A program made the position numbers and the translations under genes. From an uncultured Oscillospiraceae bacterium (lineage in GTDB: Bacteria; Bacillota; Clostridia; Oscillospirales; Oscillospiraceae): a DNA stretch of 64,000 nt. The DNA lies in the NCBI GenBank assembly GCA_964609305.1, contig CAZSRK010000001.1:20411-84410 (forward strand). Reading direction: 5' to 3'. Below, one piece after another: positions 58,544-64,000 of this stretch. The number at the start of each line of letters is the position of its first letter. Position 1 is the first letter of the stretch. The notes under the pieces were generated by a model. That model was not told the DNA's origin and did not search any database. It worked only from the letters and a program-made list of their open reading frames with translations.

Positions 58544-58661
58544 AAGATCACTCCTTTTTACTGTGAGAAGCCGGCCAGAGACGGCCGTTTTCCTCTTATC
58601 TCTTAGGGTTTCTGGAAAATGCCGTTTCATGCGTCCCAATAGAAAAAATAACTTTAATGCT

Positions 58662-58775
58662 GTTTTTCGGTATATCATATCTTTTCTCCAAATGTGCAGT
58701 TTCATCCGGCGTAAGTTTGTTGGGCCTGGATTTTTTGCTTTCGGATATGCCAGTCCTATGCGTTTTTCGGTATAT
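58662..58775. repeat. two copies of GTTTTTCGGTATAT exactly 100 bp apart, upstream of arcA
   Basis: One copy is at 58662-58675 and the other at 58762-58775. Each is preceded by ATGC. Possible regulator-binding sites. Confidence 0.6.
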
Positions 58776-58824
58776 GCTGAATAATTTTCGCCCGGGAGGG
58801 AGCTCTCCGTGCTTCTACAAATGC

Positions 58825-58856
58825 AAAAACCCCGCTGTGTACATACACAGCGGGGT
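58825..58856 (-). terminator. intrinsic terminator after beta-helix paralog B
   Basis: The minus strand reads CCCCGCTGTGTA-TG-TACACAGCGGGG followed by TTTTTG. Confidence 0.85.
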
Positions 58857-58881
58857 TCTATATTATGAACTTTTAATACTC

Positions 58882-60658
58882 TTATTTAACTTCGAGCACG
58901 ATGCGACCCTTGAAGCTGCCGGCAGTGATCGCAGTCTCGACGCCGTCAACGAGCATGCGCAGCGTTTTTCCCTCGGGGGCCCTGACAACGGCTCCCTCGG
59001 CCAGCGTGAGGCTGGTTATATAGCTGGTATCGGTGACGGTCCAGACGCTGTCTTCGTCCATCGTGATGATGACGCCGTTGTTGACAGTGGGCGCGGCCTC
59101 CTGCTCAACACAGCTTATGAGGTAATAGCTCTCCGCGTTGATGACGTCGGTTCCCTCCTCGGGATACCACTGCTTCGCCGCGGACATCACGCTCTCGGCG
59201 CGGACGTTCTTCATGTCGATGACGAGGTTGTGCGCGCCCTGAAGGCCCTCGCCCATGTCCTCCCAATCCTCGGGGTCAATACCGGCCGGGATCTCCATGG
59301 GTCCGTTACGGTCGTTGGCCTTCAGCTCCGTGGTGGAATTGAGGAAGTCGCCGCAAACGTCCATGTTGGACAGGTTTACGAAAATATCCAGAGTCGGGTC
59401 GGGATTCCACAGATCGCGGTCGACGTAAACGTCGGTCTCATCATAGGGGATCTTGTAGAAGTCGCCTCCGCCCATGCCGGGGTCGTCGTTGTCCATGAGC
59501 TGGACTATCACGCCGTTGCCGGAGTAGATCTCACAGTTGTCAAAATTGAAGGTGCTGGTGGAGCCCTTGACGCAGACGGTGGAGCTGTCGGTGTTGATAA
59601 CGGTGCCGCGGTCAAAGGTCACGGTGCCATAGCGGTCGCGGAAGGCCATGACGGCAAAGAGGTTGCCCGTGATGGAGCAGTTGGAGAAGTTTCCGCCGCT
59701 CTCGGAGTGGTCCATACCACGCTTCTCAGGCTCGGAGTCGAGGAGCATCGCAAATCCGTTGACATTCAGCTCGCAGCCGTCGAAGCCGAAGTAGCAGTCG
59801 CCAATGCAGAACACGCCGTAACCGCGGGCGCGCGGGCCGGTCAGGTCGAGCGTCGTGTTGCGCAGATATGCGCGGTTATGGATGGAGCCGTCAACGGAGA
59901 TAACGCCCCAGCCGTTGGACTTCATGTACGAGTCGTTGATGTACACGGTCGCGTTTTCACATACCTGATTGGATCGGTTGGTGCCGTAAATACCCATCAG
60001 CCAGTTCGGGGATCCAAGCAGGCGGGGGTTGTCCACGGCCTTTGGGCTGTTATTGATTATACGGCTGTTATTTATAGTCAGCACCGTGTCGCCGCCAGCG
60101 TGGAAGCAGCAACGCGTCACTCCGGAGAACTGAAAATCGCAGTCCTGTATGGTGACCTGGCTCTTTCCGATAGCCGTCACACCGGCACCGACGTCGATAA
60201 AGTCGTCACTTCCGCTGCCCTCGAACTCAAAGCGGCAGTTGCCGCACCTCATATTTGCTGTCTCCATCGATGAGTATGCCGTTGACGTCATTCTCGCAGG
60301 AATAAAACTCGACGTCACAGGCATAGGTGTCGGTTATCTCTCCACGGTTTGCCATGCCGAGGAAGGAACGCTTTTCGCAAAGCTTTCCGTTATCGATCAC
60401 GGCAGCGCAGCGGAACATGGTGTCCGGCCCGCCGAACAGACGGTGCAGCCCGGAAGGCGGCATCACATAAAAATCATGGACAAGGACCTTGACGTCGCCT
60501 CGGTAAGTGCCAGGCACGGCGGCCTCATTACGTCCGTTCACCATGAGGATGACACCCTTGCCCTCAGGGGCCTCAAGCTTTCCTCCCTCTTCGATGACGA
60601 GGCTGGACAGTTCAACGGATTCTTCGACTTTCCAGACATCGTTTACAACTTTTTTCAT
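58882..60658 (-). pseudogene. uncharacterised beta-helix-like repeat protein, paralog B, split by a 1-nt frameshift
   Basis: ORF 60227-60706 (real start MKKVVNDVWKVEE at 60658, after AAGGAGAA) aligns to the first 140 aa of paralog C. ORF 58882-60324 aligns to the remainder. The restored junction would read KYEVRNCRFEFEGSGSDDF, against YTLNNVKMNLVGRGENDF in paralog C. The junction is near 60241-60250. Confidence 0.8.
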
Positions 60659-60730
60659 GCTTTTCTCCTTATCATTCATGGTATTTAAGCGTGACAGTTG
60701 CTCCACTTGGGAAAGCAGTTTCTGAGCAAA

Positions 60731-60756
60731 CCGGGGAGGGGTCTCCCCCTCCCCGG
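60731..60756 (-). terminator. GC-rich hairpin between paralogs C and B
   Basis: CCGGGGAGGGG-loop-CCCCTCCCCGG, with a short T-tract (TTTGCTC) on the minus strand. Confidence 0.55.
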
Positions 60757-60765
60757 GCCTGGTTT

Positions 60766-62628
60766 TTATTTGACCTCGAGCACGATCTTTCCGGTATAGG
60801 TGCCGGCCTTGATCGGGGTCTCGACTCCGTCGACGAGCATGCTCACGCTCATGGCCCTGGGGGCCTTAATGGTGGCGTTCGGGGACAGGGTCAGCTTGGT
60901 CAGATAGCTGGTGCCGGTGACGGTCCAGACGCTCTCGTCGTCGAGAGAGACGATGACGCCGTTATTGACAGCGGGAGCGGGGGTCTGGACGATGTTGTTG
61001 ACTTCGTCACGGTTGCGGTTGTCGATAAAGTAGACGCCCTCGCCATACTTCTGGCTGGCGGCGCTGATGATGCCGGTTACGCTGGCAGAAGTGAGGTTGA
61101 CCTCGAGGTTCTTCGCACCCTGGAGATAGGGATTGTAGCCGCCCGCGCCGCGCACGACGTCGCCGGGGATGCCGCCCATTTCTTCGGGCGTGAACGGTTC
61201 GGGATCGTCGGGATCGGGTTGCGGCATCGGCGGGGGACCTCTCCGGGGCAGGGGTTCATAGACGTCGGACTCCTTGGGCTCATCGAAGATGGCAAACAGG
61301 TTCGTCGTGGAGTTGAAAATATTGCCCTTGAGCGCGGAGTTGGAGATGTTGAAGAACACGTCCTCGTCGGGGGACGCTACGGTCAGATCACGGCCCTCTA
61401 CGTACTCGTCGACGCGATCGACGGGGACGCGGAAAGACTGCGGGCCTCCCATGCCGGGGTCGTCGTTGTCCATGAGCTGGAGGATGACGTCATTGCCCGG
61501 GAAGAATCTGGCCTTGTTGGCGTTGATGGTGAAGCGAGAGCCCTTGACGATCATCGCGGACGAGCCGGTATAGAAAGTCGCATCGTCGATATCGAGATAT
61601 CCGCCGTCGTTGCGGAAAGTCTCGGTGCCCCAGCGGCGGGAGTTAACGATGGTGCCGTTTTTGAACTCGCCGCTGGCGTTGTTGGTGCAGCAGATAAGCG
61701 CCATACCACCGACGGTGACAACGCAGTTGTCAAAGCTGTGCAGGCAGCGGGGGTCTGCCAGACCGTCATACTCGCTGTAATCATTGAAGTTGTCGGCGAT
61801 TCCCATCGCACCGTAGCCGGAGGGGCTGGTCTGCATGATGATGCAGTCTTTGTAGTACAGGTGATTGTACTTACCGCCGTCGACGCTCATCGCGCCCCAG
61901 CCGTTGGTGGAGATGAAGCAGTCGTTGTAGTAGCAGGTTGCCATGTGGCCGGCATTGGTGATACGGTTCGTGCCGTAGAGGCTCATCGACCAGTTAGGAT
62001 CGACCTTATCGTCAAACGGGGCACTCTCTCCGATGATGCGTGTGCGGTTGACAGTCAGCTCGGAATTGTTGCCGGCGAAAATAGCGCCGCGGGTGACGCC
62101 CTTGACAATGAACTCGGAGTCGTTGACGGTGACCTTGGCGTCGCCGTAGATGGCAAGGCCGGCGCCGCAGGCCTGGAAGTCGTTCTCTCCGCGGCCGACG
62201 AGATTCATCTTGACGTTGTTGAGAGTATACTCGCCCTCGCCGGTGATGTAGATGCCGTTGAGACCGCCGTCGTTGGCCTCGATCGTGACATTTTCGACGG
62301 TTTTCCCGTCAAAGCTGCCGCCCTTGACAGCGCCGGGGATGCAGTATTCCTCAACGACCTGGTTGTCTCTGAGGAAGATGCCGGTGCGGTAGAAGGTCTT
62401 CTGAGGAGTGCCCCAGATGCCGACCTTGGTCAGGTAGCTGTCACCAACGTACAGAAGGATGTCGCCCTCATAGCTGCCGGGTTTGATATCGGTCGGCATG
62501 CCGTTGAGAAACATCGTGACACCCTTGCCCCAGGGAGCCTTGACGGAAGCACCCTCATTGACGACAAGCTTGTCGAGATGTGTGGTTTCTTCGATTTTCC
62601 ACACACCGTCAATAATTTTTTCGCTCAT
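60766..62628 (-). CDS. uncharacterised beta-helix-like repeat protein, paralog C (no signal peptide)
   Basis: The 620-aa ORF follows an AGGAGGAAAG RBS. It carries the same motif set as paralogs A and B (GRGENDF, YGTNRITN, NGWGAMSVDG, GNDVILQLMDNDDPGMGG, NSTTN, VNNGVIV, WTVTGTSYLT). It has a proline-rich linker PLPRRGPPPMPQPDPDDPEP. Confidence 0.85.
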   Translation of the reverse strand: MSEKIIDGVWKIEETTHLDKLVVNEGASVKAPWGKGVTMFLNGMPTDIKPGSYEGDILLYVGDSYLTKVGIWGTPQKTFYRTGIFLRDNQVVEEYCIPGAVKGGSFDGKTVENVTIEANDGGLNGIYITGEGEYTLNNVKMNLVGRGENDFQACGAGLAIYGDAKVTVNDSEFIVKGVTRGAIFAGNNSELTVNRTRIIGESAPFDDKVDPNWSMSLYGTNRITNAGHMATCYYNDCFISTNGWGAMSVDGGKYNHLYYKDCIIMQTSPSGYGAMGIADNFNDYSEYDGLADPRCLHSFDNCVVTVGGMALICCTNNASGEFKNGTIVNSRRWGTETFRNDGGYLDIDDATFYTGSSAMIVKGSRFTINANKARFFPGNDVILQLMDNDDPGMGGPQSFRVPVDRVDEYVEGRDLTVASPDEDVFFNISNSALKGNIFNSTTNLFAIFDEPKESDVYEPLPRRGPPPMPQPDPDDPEPFTPEEMGGIPGDVVRGAGGYNPYLQGAKNLEVNLTSASVTGIISAASQKYGEGVYFIDNRNRDEVNNIVQTPAPAVNNGVIVSLDDESVWTVTGTSYLTKLTLSPNATIKAPRAMSVSMLVDGVETPIKAGTYTGKIVLEVK

Positions 62629-62758
62629 GTTTTGGTCTTTCCTCCTGTTCTTAAAAAATAGCAGATTATAGGTGCTGCGCGGGATATTTGCCGGGGGAAA
62701 TACTCAAACTCTCAGGGGCGATGAGGCACCGCCCCGAGAAACTTTGACGAAATTAGGA

Positions 62759-64000
62759 TCAGATGCCCAGATCCAGAGCCGCGAAGTAGCCCTCGTGTAC
62801 GGCGTTGGGGACCTTGCGGGCACGCTTGCAGTCGCCGGCCGCGACGAAGTCGTCCGCGCAGTCACGCAGGGAGTCGACGGTGGCGGAGTTGGCGCGCATG
62901 CCAAGGCCGAAGATGACGGTATCGGCCTCCAGTATGCTCTCGGATCCGTCCGGGTTCTTGACGCGGACGCCGTTGGGCAGGACCTCGAGACAGGTCGTGG
63001 AGGTGTGCACGCCGATGCTGTACTTCTCGATGGGCACGAGCATACCCTGCTGGCTCATCCAGTTGGCGTCGCGCGCCAGCTCCGGCAGCATCTCGACGAT
63101 GTCGACCTGGTGGCCGAGCTCGGCCAGGAATATGCCGGTCTCGCAGCCGGCCAGACCGCCGCCGACCATGACGACCTTCTTGCCGATCTTATCAAGCTCC
63201 TTGTATGCCTCGAGAACGTGCATCGCGTTCTCCTTCAGGCCCGGGATCGGGGGCTGTATCGGGCTGGAGCCGCAGGCGCAGATTATCGCATCGGGAGCCA
63301 GCTTATCCATGAGCTCGGGCGTGGCCTCAGTATTGTACATGACCTTGATGCCAAGCTTGTTTACACGGTTTACAAGATAGTTCTTGAAGCGGCGCAGGTC
63401 GACTTTCATCTCGTCATAATCGGTGAAGTTGATGATGCCGCCGAGCTTGTCGCTCTTCTCGACCAGGGTCACGTCATGGCCGCGCCCAGCCGCGGTGATG
63501 GCGGCCTTCATTCCGCCGGAACCGCCGCCGACAACGACGACGTTGAGCTTCTCCCTGACGTCGGGCTGGGAGGTCAGGCGTGCCTCGCGATATGTACGCG
63601 GGTTGACGGAGCAGTTGGCAGCGTCGGTCATCTGCAGGCCGGTCAGGCAGCTCAGGCAGCGGATGCAGGGGATGATGTCCTCGCTCTTGCCGTGCTTTGC
63701 CTTTCTTGCAAAGTCAGGGTCGGCAATGAAGGTGCGGGCGCCGGCGATGAAGTCGGCTCCGCCTTCCTCGAGGATCTGCTCGGCCAGTTCGGGAGTGTTG
63801 ATGGCGCCGATGGCGACGACGGGGCTCTTGACATGCTTTCTTATCTCGGCCGCGAGATAGGCGTTGCAGCCGTTCTTGAGGAAGATGGTCGGGTGCGTGA
63901 TAACGGCGCCCTCGTCCGTCGAGTCACGCGCGGCGGAGACGTGGATGATGTCGACATAGTCGTCGATGATCTTGCAGAACTCAACGGCATCCTGAAGGGT
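62759..64000 (-). CDS. enoate-reductase / 2,4-dienoyl-CoA-reductase-family flavoprotein, C-terminal part (N-terminus beyond the window end)
   Basis: The track ORF starts at an internal Met, but the frame stays open to 64000. My translation upstream gives ...PVVAIGAINTPELAEQILEEGGADFIAGARTFIADPDFARKAKHGKSEDIIPCIRCLSCLTG...NCSVNP (end of the OYE barrel plus the Fe-S cysteine motif). It is followed by VVVVGGGSGGMKAAITAAGRGH and VVMVGGGLAGCE dinucleotide folds. Confidence 0.85.
   Translation of the reverse strand, partial: TLQDAVEFCKIIDDYVDIIHVSAARDSTDEGAVITHPTIFLKNGCNAYLAAEIRKHVKSPVVAIGAINTPELAEQILEEGGADFIAGARTFIADPDFARKAKHGKSEDIIPCIRCLSCLTGLQMTDAANCSVNPRTYREARLTSQPDVREKLNVVVVGGGSGGMKAAITAAGRGHDVTLVEKSDKLGGIINFTDYDEMKVDLRRFKNYLVNRVNKLGIKVMYNTEATPELMDKLAPDAIICACGSSPIQPPIPGLKENAMHVLEAYKELDKIGKKVVMVGGGLAGCETGIFLAELGHQVDIVEMLPELARDANWMSQQGMLVPIEKYSIGVHTSTTCLEVLPNGVRVKNPDGSESILEADTVIFGLGMRANSATVDSLRDCADDFVAAGDCKRARKVPNAVHEGYFAALDLGI

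Noticed and set aside
60691-62661. A 656-aa plus-strand ORF, and its 538-aa neighbour at 58657-60273, cover the beta-helix genes on the opposite strand.
   Set aside because: Both have a D/G/A/V-rich low-complexity composition and lack an RBS. They mirror minus-strand genes that do have strong RBSs, terminators and paralog-conserved motifs. Such shadows are typical antisense ORFs in high-GC DNA.
1-64000. A window-wide search for CRISPR arrays, tRNA/rRNA genes, IS elements, integrases, phage genes or known defence systems.
   Set aside because: I saw no regularly spaced direct repeats, tRNA-like T-arm sequences, transposase or recombinase motifs, or defence-gene signatures on either strand.

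Overview
This is a 64-kb chromosomal segment from a high-GC Bacillota/Clostridia-type genome. Supporting signs are GGAGG ribosome-binding sites, a sepF-divIVA cluster, hfq, DegV genes and hairpin plus T-run terminators. I saw no rRNA, tRNA, CRISPR array, transposase or integrase.

Layout:
- 1-14 kb: housekeeping genes. ileS (partial), divIVA, sepF, yggS, hfq, miaA and mutL lie on the minus strand; miaB, mutS and a CPBP protease gene lie on the plus strand.
- 14-28 kb: accessory and regulatory genes. These are a GDPD phosphodiesterase, an MFS transporter, a large uncharacterised beta-helix-like protein divergent from an IclR regulator, a MarR regulator with a heterodimeric ABC exporter, a histidine kinase/response regulator pair, and an S24-type repressor divergent from a Y-family polymerase.
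- 28.7-49.8 kb: an anaerobic purine/urate-catabolism island. It holds carbamate kinase, ygeW, ygeY, ygfK, ssnA and a guanine-deaminase-like gene, then two coupled PLP enzymes, and later adenine deaminase, a hydantoinase and a GntR regulator. An HAD phosphatase, a P-loop ATPase and a membrane pyrophosphatase interrupt it.
- 50-58.5 kb: an XRE membrane regulator, a second DegV, a lysine riboswitch controlling an amino-acid ABC importer, and an arginine deiminase operon.
- 58.9-64 kb: two more tandem paralogs of the beta-helix-like protein, next to an enoate-reductase-type flavoprotein (partial).

Most interesting:
1. The three-member, apparently cytoplasmic beta-helix-like paralog family, which has homologous N- and C-terminal cap modules.
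2. A purine island variant that lacks ygeX and xanthine dehydrogenase in the window but carries two translationally coupled fold-type-II PLP enzymes.
3. A promoter-plus-terminator leader (riboswitch-like attenuator of unknown class) in front of ssnA.

Caveats: five genes are split by single-base frameshifts, which is more consistent with homopolymer sequencing error than with real decay. CDS coordinates come from the ORF track. Coordinates of small non-coding features were counted by eye and may be off by 1-2 nt.
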